A model generated the notes under the pieces. The model did no database searches, was not told the origin of the DNA, and worked only from the letters and a program-made list of their open reading frames with translations. This document shows, piece after piece, positions 1 through 9,650 of a stretch of 64,000 nt of DNA (its first letter is position 1; each line of letters opens with the position of its first letter). Source of the DNA: Geopsychrobacteraceae bacterium. Its GTDB lineage: Bacteria; Desulfobacterota; Desulfuromonadia; Desulfuromonadales; Geopsychrobacteraceae. The DNA is taken from assembly GCA_963662315.1 (NCBI GenBank), contig OY759353.1:3552001-3616000 (forward strand), written 5' to 3'. Both the position numbers and the translations under genes were made by a program.

Positions 1-840
1 CGACTCAAACATTATCTCACCCATATCGGCTACTATCGCCTTAGCGCCTATTGGCTCCCTTTTGAACTAGCTCCTGTAGAACCAGACAGACGCAACCATC
101 ATTTCGAAGTAGGTACGACCTTTGACCGGGTTTTGGATCTCTACGACTTTGACCGAAAGCTGCGGCTGTTGGTGATGAACGCCCTCGAACGGATTGAAGT
201 TGCGATCAGAACGCGTTGGGCAGGTGCTATGGCAAAGCGCCACGGTCCTCATGCTTATATGAATTCAGATCTTTTTAAAGATCCGTGGCAACATCAGCGG
301 GACTTGGCGATGCTTTCCCGTGAAGTCAAGAAGAGTAGTGAGGTTTTTATCAAGCATTATCTGGATCACTATTCAAGGCCCTTTTTGCCACCCATTTGGG
401 CAATTGTCGAGATGATGAGTTTTGGGCAACTGTCCTGTTGGTTTTCCAATACGAGCAATACAGAAATAAAAAAAGAAGTCATGCGAAGTCTGAAGTTGCC
501 TACGATTGAGGTTTTAGAAAAAGTGCTGCATACCCTAACCCCGGTGCGAAACACGGCTGCCCACCATGGCAGACTGTGGAATCGTCAATTTCCGATGACT
601 CTGCCGGAGATAAAACGGCTGCGGGAAAGGGTTATGCCGAATAGTGCTCCCGATAGGCTGGGGCACCGCATTTTCAACTACCTGGTCATCATCGAGTACT
701 TGAAAAGTGTCATCAATCCAACGGGGCAATGGAAGTCGCAGTTGATGAGTCTTCTTGAGACTGTTTTGGAGAGTGACTTGAGGTCGATGGGGTTTCCGGA
801 GGATTGGCGGGAGCGTGAGCCTTGGCGTGGGGTAGAGTGA
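1..840 (+). CDS. Abi family (Abi_2 / AbiD-AbiF-like) HEPN protein, 5'-truncated by the window edge
   Basis: Frame is open from base 1 (RLKHYLTHIGYYRLSAYW...YDFDRKLR...LERIEVAIR), with the family IGYYRLSAY motif, PPIWAIVEMMSFGQLS and the HEPN RxxxxH motif RNTAAH. The ORF-track start at 133 is internal. Confidence 0.85.
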   Translation, partial: RLKHYLTHIGYYRLSAYWLPFELAPVEPDRRNHHFEVGTTFDRVLDLYDFDRKLRLLVMNALERIEVAIRTRWAGAMAKRHGPHAYMNSDLFKDPWQHQRDLAMLSREVKKSSEVFIKHYLDHYSRPFLPPIWAIVEMMSFGQLSCWFSNTSNTEIKKEVMRSLKLPTIEVLEKVLHTLTPVRNTAAHHGRLWNRQFPMTLPEIKRLRERVMPNSAPDRLGHRIFNYLVIIEYLKSVINPTGQWKSQLMSLLETVLESDLRSMGFPEDWREREPWRGVE

Positions 841-2174
841 TGACAGGGCGTTACTCAGCATATTTCTCTGTCAAGAATTCGGGCGTTGCGTGGGTTGGTG
901 ATATCCCAAAGACATGGGATGTTAAACCCCTATTCGCGTGCACAGATACTGAGTGTCGGAAGAATGTTGATGGTCAAGAGTCAAATATATTGTCTTTGAG
1001 CTATGGTCGAATTATTCGCAGGGATGTTGAAGAGAACTACGGTCTTTTGCCCGAATCGTTCAACACGTATCAACTGGTCGATGCAGGGGACATTGTTTTA
1101 CGCCTTACTGACCTCCAGAACGATAAACGCAGCTTGCGAGTAGGGCATGCTGGAGAGTCGGGGATAATTACCTCCGCGTATCTTAAATTGATCGCCAAAA
1201 GCGGCCAGCTTAACGATCGCTATTTGTATCGCCTTTTACATTCCTACGATACGACGAAAGTGTTCTACGGGATGGGCGGCGGACTTCGGCAATCCATGAA
1301 GTTCGAAGATATGAGGCGTTTGCCATTGCTGGTGCCTTCAATTCCTGAGCAGGAGCAAATCGCCAACTTTCTCGACCACGAAACCGCCAAAATCGACACC
1401 CTGATTGAAACGCAACAACAACTAATCAAGCTGCTGAAAGAAAAGCGCCAGGCGGTGATCAGCCATGCCGTCACCAAAGGGCTGAACCCCGATGCGCCGA
1501 TGAAAGATTCCGGTGTTGAGTGGTTGGGGGAGGTGCCAGAGCATTGGGAAGTATCGGCTCTTGGGTATTATGCTTCATTAAATACTGGTGCCACCCCAGA
1601 TAGGTCAAAGCTGTCGTACTGGAATGGAGATATTCCTTGGATAAAAACGGGGGAAGTAAGGTACGATACAATAATTGAAACTGAGGAAACGATCACCGAG
1701 GACGGCCTAAATAATTCAGCCGTTCAAATTTCACCGCCTGGAACATTGTTGATGGCTATGTATGGCCAAGGCATTACTCGTGGTCGAGTTGCCTTGCTTG
1801 GGGTAGCAGCAACCTATAACCAGGCATGTGTTGCTATTAATCCAAATGAAAAATTGACGAATGAGTTTCTCAGATTCTTCTTTATGGCGGCATATCATGC
1901 AATCCGTGATGGTGGCAATGAAACAAGCCAGATGAATCTGAACGCAGATATAGTTCGAAAATTTAAGATTGTGGTTCCGACAATATCTGAACAAGAGCAA
2001 ATATTTAATAAACTTGATATTGAGTTGGAGCGTTTTTCCGTTCTGGAAAAATCTGTAGAAAGGGCGATTGAGTTAATTAAAGAGCGCCGCAAAGCCCTCA
2101 TTTCTGCTGCCGTCACCGGCAAGATTGATATTCGCAGCTGGAAACCCGGGGCAGAAGTGACTTCATGTCTTTAA
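840..2174 (+). CDS. hsdS: Type I restriction-modification specificity subunit
   Basis: Two TRDs separated by the conserved spacer EQEQIANFLDHETAKIDTLI...KEKRQAVISHAVTKGL...KDSGVEWLGEVPEHW; C-terminal ALISAAVTGKID. ATG at 840 overlaps the abi stop (TGATG). Confidence 0.95.
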   Translation: MTGRYSAYFSVKNSGVAWVGDIPKTWDVKPLFACTDTECRKNVDGQESNILSLSYGRIIRRDVEENYGLLPESFNTYQLVDAGDIVLRLTDLQNDKRSLRVGHAGESGIITSAYLKLIAKSGQLNDRYLYRLLHSYDTTKVFYGMGGGLRQSMKFEDMRRLPLLVPSIPEQEQIANFLDHETAKIDTLIETQQQLIKLLKEKRQAVISHAVTKGLNPDAPMKDSGVEWLGEVPEHWEVSALGYYASLNTGATPDRSKLSYWNGDIPWIKTGEVRYDTIIETEETITEDGLNNSAVQISPPGTLLMAMYGQGITRGRVALLGVAATYNQACVAINPNEKLTNEFLRFFFMAAYHAIRDGGNETSQMNLNADIVRKFKIVVPTISEQEQIFNKLDIELERFSVLEKSVERAIELIKERRKALISAAVTGKIDIRSWKPGAEVTSCL

Positions 2175-2210
2175 GTAGGGAGCATTCATAGCTCTCTAAA
2201 GGAGGGAAGT

Positions 2211-3293
2211 ATGCCAAGAGAAAGCGTACTGCTATCTACCCATCGCGATAGTCTAACGATCGAAGATTTTATTTTCCATGTCATTCTCAAGGGCGAAGAG
2301 GTCCCGCGATACTTCGATATGGTGACATTTGCCGACAATGACCAGCGGCAATTTTTCACCGATCTCATTCTGGCTGCTGCAGAGGGGACGCAATATAATT
2401 TTGTAGATCCGGATAATTCCGACTTTGTCCGGAATTGCCAAGCCATAATCGACAATCCGGAAGACAACTTCATACCCCTTTCGAAAACTCTTACCCACGC
2501 ATTTCACGAACTGCATTCCGGCAATGTCAACGACGGTGTGTTTGTAATCGCCAGGGTCTCCATTATCATAGATCGGCAGAGGCAATCTTTCATTGCCCTT
2601 CTCAAGGTTGATTACGCGCGGGTTTACCAGCAGGTGGCACAGACATCGGATGATGATCAAATCAGGATTACGTTCACTGAGATCCAAGAGTCCATCGCTG
2701 AAGACAAAAGCAAGATCCAGAAATGGGCGCTGATCGATGTCGGTAACCATTTTGGATGGGACGTTCTGGCAAAACAAAGGGGCCGACTTGGTCGGCAATC
2801 AGACACGTCTGAAGCCATTTCCGATTACTTCAAGCGGTTTCTGGGCGTAACCGAGCGTGAAAGTGCAAGCAACCTGACCCGTGCATTCGTAATCCAGGTC
2901 TCGGCATGGTCAAGGCAGCAGGAGAGCTTGCCGGAAGATGAAATCCCCAACAACTATAAGGCACGTGCGATTGCTTATATGGAGTCGTCTGACAATTTCG
3001 ATACAGATGAATTTGTCAATCTAGTGGTACGAGACGAGGACCAAGAGCGAAAACAGAGAATGGCAGCGTCGCTCCGGGAATTTTTGGCCGATAAGGGATT
3101 AGCCGGACAAACGTTTACACCAACGCCGAATTCACTACCCAAAGCCCAAAGGAAAAATAAACTAACAACCGGTTATGGGGTGGTTATCACTTGGGAGGGT
3201 GAAGCGCAGGACAATGGGATTAACATTGATCATGAAAGGCGTGATGGATACAAATACATAACCATCAAAACCCCTGATTTCGATCTGAGCTGA
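2211..3293 (+). CDS. Nucleoid-associated protein (NdpA/YejK, NA37-like), defence-island type
   Basis: N-terminal I..FIFHVI, internal DGVFVIA...FIALLKVD, KIQKWALI and SDYFKRFLG resemble NA37-family motifs. Strong SD AAGGAGG. Confidence 0.7.
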   Translation: MPRESVLLSTHRDSLTIEDFIFHVILKGEEVPRYFDMVTFADNDQRQFFTDLILAAAEGTQYNFVDPDNSDFVRNCQAIIDNPEDNFIPLSKTLTHAFHELHSGNVNDGVFVIARVSIIIDRQRQSFIALLKVDYARVYQQVAQTSDDDQIRITFTEIQESIAEDKSKIQKWALIDVGNHFGWDVLAKQRGRLGRQSDTSEAISDYFKRFLGVTERESASNLTRAFVIQVSAWSRQQESLPEDEIPNNYKARAIAYMESSDNFDTDEFVNLVVRDEDQERKQRMAASLREFLADKGLAGQTFTPTPNSLPKAQRKNKLTTGYGVVITWEGEAQDNGINIDHERRDGYKYITIKTPDFDLS

Positions 3294-4753
3294 TGATTCG
3301 TTCACTGCAATTCGTCATACCGCCTATCAACAGACTCAAATCCCTTGCTGACAGTTCTTTTGAGGCCTGGGATTCGGTTTTGTACCGCGGCACCTTTTCG
3401 GACCAGTTTCTCCAGGCTGCAATTACCTGCCTTGAGGAGTTCGAAAAGATTAGTCTTCCAGATGCTTGCGCCCTGTCTCTGGACGACGAGAGAATAGTCC
3501 TGGATGAACTTAGAGCAACCGAAGCTCAGCATCGTCTACCCACAACATGGCGATTTTCCTTCAATAAGGATAACGTCCTAAACAGCGAAGCGTTCGGAAG
3601 CGAGGATATAAAACAGGTCCTTTTTTTTAGCGAGGAGTCCTTCAAAAAATGGGCGTCCGAAGATGTCCGCCCCTTCATTTTTGATGAAAAACTGTTTCAT
3701 GGTCAAAAACCATTAAGAATCTATGTCGTTGGTCTTGTGGATGCTTTTGGTGGCCCTAGGCTGGCGGTTTGCCCCCCCCAGCCGATGGAATTACCAAAAG
3801 AATGGCTTGGTTCCTACAGCCTTCCCTCTGATCTCATACTGAGAACACATATCCATGTCGCGGCTCCTTTTGATGCACGGCTGGAACCTGCGGCCTTTCT
3901 GTTGAACTGGGGGGCAATCAGCTCACAGGCTGCGGAACCATTCAGGCGGTTGAGCGCAACCAGCCTTGCAGCCTGTCTCACCCAAGACTTTTTCGATATT
4001 GAACGGGTTGTGCTAAATGGAACCAAAAGGCTCCAGCTGCCATTAATCAAGAGAGAGGACATTACCCCATCAACGAAACAATTGAAGGAACTTCTTGAGG
4101 CAGTCGAATGGGCTTTCTCGGAAAATCCTGAGACCCGTGTGTTGTTGCTGGCCGATCGGCTTTCACTTGATATTCCCGTAAGCGATTCCTTTGTCGCAGG
4201 TATATGCAATTGCATCGAAACTGCATTGGATCATGCCAGGAACAAATATAGATTTGTTATTCTGGAACGGAAAAACGATCACGCAAAGGAGTTGGCAAGT
4301 CTACAAAAAGATATTCGTATACACACCGAGGCTTTTGCCGAAAAAGTGCGAGGTTTGTTGAATAGCCTGCTAAGAGATGTGTTAGCAGCGCTATTGTTAC
4401 TGGGCGTTGGATTGTTTGCCAGATTTATAAAAGATATTAACGTCTTTAATACTGCTGAAGCCGGATTGCTTTTTAAGGTCTTCTCGCTTTATTTCCTGGT
4501 GAGCATTCTCCTCCAGGGATGCGTTCAACTGCGCGACATATCATTGTCTAAAAAAGAAATCCTATATTGGGCAAATATCACCAGAAATCACATGGGGGAA
4601 GATGAAGTTGAGTCTCATATCGACGAAGCAATCAGACCGCGTCAAACCAATTATTATTGGCAAGGAGGGATTATCGCCCTTATCTACGTATGCCTCAGTT
4701 TGTTGTCCTGGAACATACAGACGACGCTGAAATATTGGGAAATCATCCCGTAA
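3293..4753 (+). CDS. Hypothetical protein with a predicted coiled coil and about 3 C-terminal transmembrane helices
   Basis: 486-aa ORF with a TGATG overlap to the upstream gene. Hydrophobic segments DVLAALLLLGVGLFARFI, GLLFKVFSLYFLVSILLQG and GGIIALIYVCLSLLSW. Confidence 0.8.
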   Translation: MIRSLQFVIPPINRLKSLADSSFEAWDSVLYRGTFSDQFLQAAITCLEEFEKISLPDACALSLDDERIVLDELRATEAQHRLPTTWRFSFNKDNVLNSEAFGSEDIKQVLFFSEESFKKWASEDVRPFIFDEKLFHGQKPLRIYVVGLVDAFGGPRLAVCPPQPMELPKEWLGSYSLPSDLILRTHIHVAAPFDARLEPAAFLLNWGAISSQAAEPFRRLSATSLAACLTQDFFDIERVVLNGTKRLQLPLIKREDITPSTKQLKELLEAVEWAFSENPETRVLLLADRLSLDIPVSDSFVAGICNCIETALDHARNKYRFVILERKNDHAKELASLQKDIRIHTEAFAEKVRGLLNSLLRDVLAALLLLGVGLFARFIKDINVFNTAEAGLLFKVFSLYFLVSILLQGCVQLRDISLSKKEILYWANITRNHMGEDEVESHIDEAIRPRQTNYYWQGGIIALIYVCLSLLSWNIQTTLKYWEIIP

Positions 4754-4840
4754 TTGCTGATTTTGAAAATGAGCGTTATTGATTCATTTGATCCAGAAGT
4801 AAAGCATTTAGTTGGTTGATAATGATATGGGGAGCGGGTA

Positions 4841-7800
4841 TTGGTGGCAAGCAAATCGAACGAGCAAACTTTTCAGAACGATATCATCGATCAGATGGTC
4901 GCCAACGGCTGGCAGCTTGGAACCTCCGCTGGTTACAATCGGAAACTGGCCCTGTACGAAGAAGACGTGCTCGGCTTTGTGCAGAACACCCAGAACGAGC
5001 AGTGGCAGAAATACTGCAAACTCTATCCGCAAAACCCCGAAAAGCATCTCCTTGAAAGAGTCGCCAGCCAGCTCAACAAGGCCGACCCCAACGCTGCCGA
5101 CCGTGACCTGCGCACTTTCGGTACTCTTGGCGTGCTGCGTCACGAACTGCGCGTTCGTGGTGTGCGCTTTAAATTTTGCCAGTTCAAGCCGGAGCACGAC
5201 CTCAATCCCGATACCCTGACGAGATATAAAAAGAACCGCCTGCGCATCGTGCCGGAGCTGGTCTACAGCCCCTATGCGACCGAAGACCTCGCCGGGAGTG
5301 AGGACCAGGCGGGCAAGCAGGCAAAAAACTGGCGTATCGACTTGGTGCTGTTCGTCAATGGTCTGCCGGTTGCCACTTTGGAGCTGAAGTCCGAGTTCAA
5401 ACAGGCGGTCGATAACGCTATCAAACAATACAAGCGTACCCGTTTGCCGAAAGACCCGGTCACCAAGAAGCCAGAGCCGTTACTGACTTTCAAACGTGGC
5501 GCGCTGGTCCACTTTGCCGTCAGCCAGTATGAGGTCTACATGACCACCCACCTGGAAGGGGACGATACGTTCTTTTTGCCGTTCAACCAGGGGACCCAAG
5601 AGGGTGGGGCTGGCAATGATGTACCGGACGATCCGAACGAGTACGCCACCGGTTATCTCTGGAACGAGGTGCTGCTACCCGACAACCTGCTCAAAATCCT
5701 CGCCCGCTATGTCCACCTACAGATAGAAGAAAAGGAAGATTGGCAAGGCAAAAAATACAAAAAAGAGACACTGATTTTCCCCCGTTACCACCAATGGGAC
5801 GTGGTTAACCGGCTGCTTGATGCCGCCCGCAAAGAAGGGCCGGGACAGAAATACCTGATCCAGCACAGTGCCGGGTCGGGCAAGTCGAACTCCATCGCCT
5901 GGACCGCGCATCAGCTTTCATCCCTTTATACTGCCTCAGGCGATAAGCAGTTCCATTCGGTGATCGTTGTCACTGATCGCACCGTGCTCGACGACCAATT
6001 GCAAGACACCATCTATCAGTTTGAACATGCTGACGGGGTGGTGGGGCGGATCAATCGCGAAGTCGGTGAAGGCTCAAAATCAGAAAAACTGGCGAAGGCG
6101 CTAGAGAGTTCCCAGCCGATTATTATCGTTACCATCCAGACCTTTCCCTTTGTGCTTCAGGCGATTGAGAACAGTGTCCGCCTCAAGGAACGACGCTATG
6201 CCATCATTGCTGACGAGGCTCATTCGTCGCAAACCGGCTCGACTGCCCGGAAATTGAAAGAAGTGCTGGTTGCCGAAAATACAACTGATGATATCGAGTA
6301 CACTTCTGAAGATATCCTTGATGCTACTGTCGCCGCCCGGCGTTCTAACGATAACCTGAGTTATTTTGCGTTCACAGCTACGCCGAAGCCGAAAACCCTG
6401 GAGCTGTTTGGCCGTCTGCCCGATGCTGGTCAACAACCTTCCAAAAGTAACCTGCCTGAAGCGTTTCATGTTTATTCGATGCGTCAGGCCATTGAAGAAG
6501 GTTTCATCCTCGATGTGCTGAAGAACTACACCAATTACAAGGTTGCTTACCAATTGGCGCAGAGGATTAAGGCCAAAGACGAAGAGGTTGACAGCAAGAA
6601 GGCGACGGTCAAACTCAATCAGTGGGTGCGGCTGCATGATTATAACATCGCCCAGAAGGTTCAGGTGATTGTCGAGCACTATAAGAACAATATCATGGGG
6701 TTGCTTGGCGGCCAGGCCAAGGCGATGGTGGTGACCAGCTCGCGTAAAGAAGTGGTGCGTTACAAGGAGGAGTTTGACAAGTATATCACCCGTAAAGGTT
6801 ACAGCGGTATCAGCGCCCTGGTGGCCTTTTCCGGTGAGGTGACGTTCAACGATAACGATCCGAATGCCGCAGGGCTGCTCGGTGAAAAGTTTACCGAGCA
6901 CAGTATGAACCCTGGTCTCAAAGGGCGCGACATGCGCAAAGCCTTTGACACCAACGAGTTTCAGGTGATGCTGGTTGCCAATAAGTTTCAAACCGGCTTT
7001 GACCAGCCGAAGCTTTGTGCCATGTATGTCGATAAAAAACTCTACGGCGTCGAGTGTGTGCAGACCCTGTCACGCCTGAATCGGACCTATCCGGGGAAAG
7101 AAGAAAGTGGCACTTTTGTGCTCGATTTCTTCAACGAACCGCAGGATATCCTTGATTCTTTCCAGCCCTATTTTCAGACTGCTGAGCTGGCTGATGTCTC
7201 CGACCCTGACCTGGTTTTCGATCTCTTCGACAAGCTGCGTGCCGAAGGAATCTTTACCTGGCAGGAGATAGAACAATTCGCTGTGGCCTTCTTTGCCAAG
7301 AACAAAAGCAATGCTGCAATCAGTAATATCTGCAAACCGGCGGTTCAGCGCTGGCAAGGACGCTACAAGCTGGCGGTCGACGCTTACAAAACCGCCAAGG
7401 AGATGTTCGACCGTACCAAGCAGACCGGTGACGCGGTCCTGATCGCCAATGCCGAAAGGAGCCTCAAGGAATGCAAACAGGAAAAGGATCGGCTTGATAT
7501 CTTTAAAAAGGACTTGGGCAGTTTTACCCGTTTTTATGAATTTATGTCGCAGATTGTTGACTACGACAGCAAGGATCTTGAAAAACTCAGTCTTTACGGT
7601 CGCCACTTACGGCCGCTGTTACGGGAAAAACAGGAAGAGGAAGAAGATATCGATCTGAGCAACGTCGCTCTGAGCCACTACCGGCTTTCGAAGCAACGCG
7701 AGCAGAATTTGGTGATGGAATCGGACGGAGATTACAGCTTAATGCCGGGTAGTGATCTTGGAACCGCCAAACCGAAAGATAAAAAGGAAGAATTCCTGTC

Positions 7801-8104
7801 GCAGGTCCTGGCGCGTTTGAACGAATTGTTTATGACCGATAATCTGACCGATAAGGATTTGGTCAACTATGCTTACACGATTCGCGACAAGGTTTGCGAG
7901 AACAAAGTCGTCATGGACCAGATTCTCAACAATACCCCTGAACAGGCTATGTTGGGTGATTTTCCAAAAGCACTCGATGATGCGGTTTTGGATAGTAATG
8001 AGGCACACCAGAAACAGATGATGCAGATTCTGGCAAACCCTGAAGTCGCTAGAGGTTTTGCTAGGGTGGTATTTGATTTGCTGACACAAAAAGAATTACG
8101 ATAA
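4841..8104 (+). CDS. hsdR: Type I restriction endonuclease subunit R
   Basis: Nuclease motif RIDLVLFVNGLPVATLELK, Walker A QHSAGSGKS, DEAH box, FTATP, TGFDQP, QTLSRLNR. Confidence 0.96.
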   Translation: MVASKSNEQTFQNDIIDQMVANGWQLGTSAGYNRKLALYEEDVLGFVQNTQNEQWQKYCKLYPQNPEKHLLERVASQLNKADPNAADRDLRTFGTLGVLRHELRVRGVRFKFCQFKPEHDLNPDTLTRYKKNRLRIVPELVYSPYATEDLAGSEDQAGKQAKNWRIDLVLFVNGLPVATLELKSEFKQAVDNAIKQYKRTRLPKDPVTKKPEPLLTFKRGALVHFAVSQYEVYMTTHLEGDDTFFLPFNQGTQEGGAGNDVPDDPNEYATGYLWNEVLLPDNLLKILARYVHLQIEEKEDWQGKKYKKETLIFPRYHQWDVVNRLLDAARKEGPGQKYLIQHSAGSGKSNSIAWTAHQLSSLYTASGDKQFHSVIVVTDRTVLDDQLQDTIYQFEHADGVVGRINREVGEGSKSEKLAKALESSQPIIIVTIQTFPFVLQAIENSVRLKERRYAIIADEAHSSQTGSTARKLKEVLVAENTTDDIEYTSEDILDATVAARRSNDNLSYFAFTATPKPKTLELFGRLPDAGQQPSKSNLPEAFHVYSMRQAIEEGFILDVLKNYTNYKVAYQLAQRIKAKDEEVDSKKATVKLNQWVRLHDYNIAQKVQVIVEHYKNNIMGLLGGQAKAMVVTSSRKEVVRYKEEFDKYITRKGYSGISALVAFSGEVTFNDNDPNAAGLLGEKFTEHSMNPGLKGRDMRKAFDTNEFQVMLVANKFQTGFDQPKLCAMYVDKKLYGVECVQTLSRLNRTYPGKEESGTFVLDFFNEPQDILDSFQPYFQTAELADVSDPDLVFDLFDKLRAEGIFTWQEIEQFAVAFFAKNKSNAAISNICKPAVQRWQGRYKLAVDAYKTAKEMFDRTKQTGDAVLIANAERSLKECKQEKDRLDIFKKDLGSFTRFYEFMSQIVDYDSKDLEKLSLYGRHLRPLLREKQEEEEDIDLSNVALSHYRLSKQREQNLVMESDGDYSLMPGSDLGTAKPKDKKEEFLSQVLARLNELFMTDNLTDKDLVNYAYTIRDKVCENKVVMDQILNNTPEQAMLGDFPKALDDAVLDSNEAHQKQMMQILANPEVARGFARVVFDLLTQKELR

Positions 8105-8134
8105 AAGGCCGCTCTCGGAAGCATTAACAGCAAA

Positions 8135-8148
8135 GGGCGAGAGGATTT
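8135..8148. repeat. 14-bp direct repeat of the tRNA-Pro 3' part (possible att remnant)
   Basis: GGGCGAGAGGATTT at 8135-8148 is identical to 8352-8365 within the tRNA. Confidence 0.55.
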
Positions 8149-8212
8149 ACCCACTGTGTCACCGGTTTCCTGCCGGTTCCTGCGTCGGCTTTCCTCCGCT
8201 TGCTGGCACTTC

Positions 8213-8248
8213 AAATCCCCCTCAATCCCCCTTTTTAAAAGGGGGAAG
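8213..8248. repeat. C-tract/G-tract palindromic REP-like element
   Basis: AAATCCCCCTCAATCCCCCTTTTTAAAAGGGGGAAG, with hairpin TCCCCCTTT-TTA-AAAGGGGGA. Confidence 0.5.
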
Positions 8249-8303
8249 GTCAAACTGCATGGGGCTCATTCAAGGTCTGTAGATCCTCTCTCGGCGTACA
8301 AAT

Positions 8304-8338
8304 AAAAAAGGGTCGGCTTAAATCGCCAACCCTTTTTT
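8304..8338 (-). terminator. Rho-independent (bidirectional-type) terminator downstream of tRNA-Pro
   Basis: AAAAAAGGGTCGGC-TTAAATC-GCCAACCCTTTTTT, a stem flanked by A/T tracts. Confidence 0.75.
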
Positions 8339-8345
8339 CTTCGTA

Positions 8346-8422
<77 letters not shown>

Positions 8423-8573
8423 ATAATTCTGATGTGGTACGGCGCACATAATTAGCACCGTTGATGGTGAAAATCAAGAATTTTTGCAGAATTGATCAGT
8501 TGTTTATATTTCTGAAGAAATTTAAATTTTATTGCTTAATAAGGTACGGCACGCGTTGACTGATGAAGTCCAT

Positions 8574-8609
8574 AAAAAAGCCGGTTTACCCATATGGCAA
8601 ACCGGCTTT
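8574..8609 (-). terminator. Rho-independent terminator
   Basis: AAAAAAGCCGGTTT...AAACCGGCTTT hairpin downstream of the 8644-9027 gene. Confidence 0.7.
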
Positions 8610-8643
8610 AGATTGAGGTTTGGCAACGTGTCAGCAATACAGA

Positions 8644-9027
8644 TCAACAGGTGAGGCAAATCGTGCCTTCTTTACCAAAGTTGGCGATAGCTTTTGTAAC
8701 CTCGGCAGGTTGATGTTCTGAAGCAAAATAATTGCCACCGGCATCACTTACTGCGTCCCCAAGTTTTTCTTTGTCATACTGGTAAAGCTTGGCTGCCAGT
8801 TGTGCTTTGGGCGATGCCATGATCTCGGGTCCGTTTTCGCTGCTGTGGTAGCTGTGAAAAGCATTTTTTTCATGAGCAACGGAGCCCATGGCATGTGTTG
8901 CAGAATCAGAGACGTGGATGACGGTCATACCTTCATTGCTGATCATCTGGTCATCTGCAAGTGCGGAACCTGTTATTACCAAAGCAGACGCAATAAGAAG
9001 GATGAGCATTAAGCTGATTCGTTTCAT
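8644..9027 (-). CDS. Small exported hypothetical protein, His-rich, with C-terminal CxxC
   Basis: Signal peptide MKRISLMLILLIASALVITGSALA-DD; ends GTICLTC*; has its own terminator. Confidence 0.7.
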   Translation of the reverse strand: MKRISLMLILLIASALVITGSALADDQMISNEGMTVIHVSDSATHAMGSVAHEKNAFHSYHSSENGPEIMASPKAQLAAKLYQYDKEKLGDAVSDAGGNYFASEHQPAEVTKAIANFGKEGTICLTC

Positions 9028-9650
9028 AAAAAACCCTTTCATTTAGCTGATCTCCTGTCTTAAGGGAGTTCAGGCGTGTTGTTCTGCTATTCAGAGATGG
9101 AGATAGGCGTTGGCTGAATAGATATAATCCAGGTAGGCAAGGAGGATTAATATATATTACCAAAATAGTAATAATAGTGCTACTGGACGCAAGCTTTTTT
9201 TGCGAGCGGTAAAGGGATTTTGGGGGGAGTGACTGTGCAGCAGTCGTGATTATCGTTTATTTCGAAGAGCAGGATTTAACTGCCATTGGGATTCTGGAGG
9301 CATAGAGTCGCGAAATTTCTTAAATTTTGGTGACAATTATCTCGGCAGTACTTCGCCTCGGGGAACGCATTTCCAAGTAGTTGACTTGGCAATGTCTTCT
9401 TGGGGCAGCAGTAATTATTTTCCCTGATCAAATCGCTGGAGCACCGCAAACTTAATCTTTGATAATGGCGGGGATCTTTACGTATTACGTAAAGATAAAA
9501 AAGACAGGAACAACTAAAAAATAACCACAAGTGGTAAAATTTGCTATAATTGAGAAAGTACTGATGCTGATCTGTACAAGCTCATAGAACGAATAGCGGA
9601 TGGGAAGGAATTTAATAGCAGAAGACCTAGGCGAAAGTTGAGATGCGGTT

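Noticed and set aside
4808..7606. Minus-strand ORFs of 206, 296 and 178 aa
   Set aside because: Antisense to hsdR; no independent coding signals.
8644..8660. CLTC-TGA as a selenocysteine read-through or broken heme motif
   Set aside because: No convincing SECIS-like hairpin after the TGA, a terminator follows shortly, and TGA is not one substitution from a His codon.
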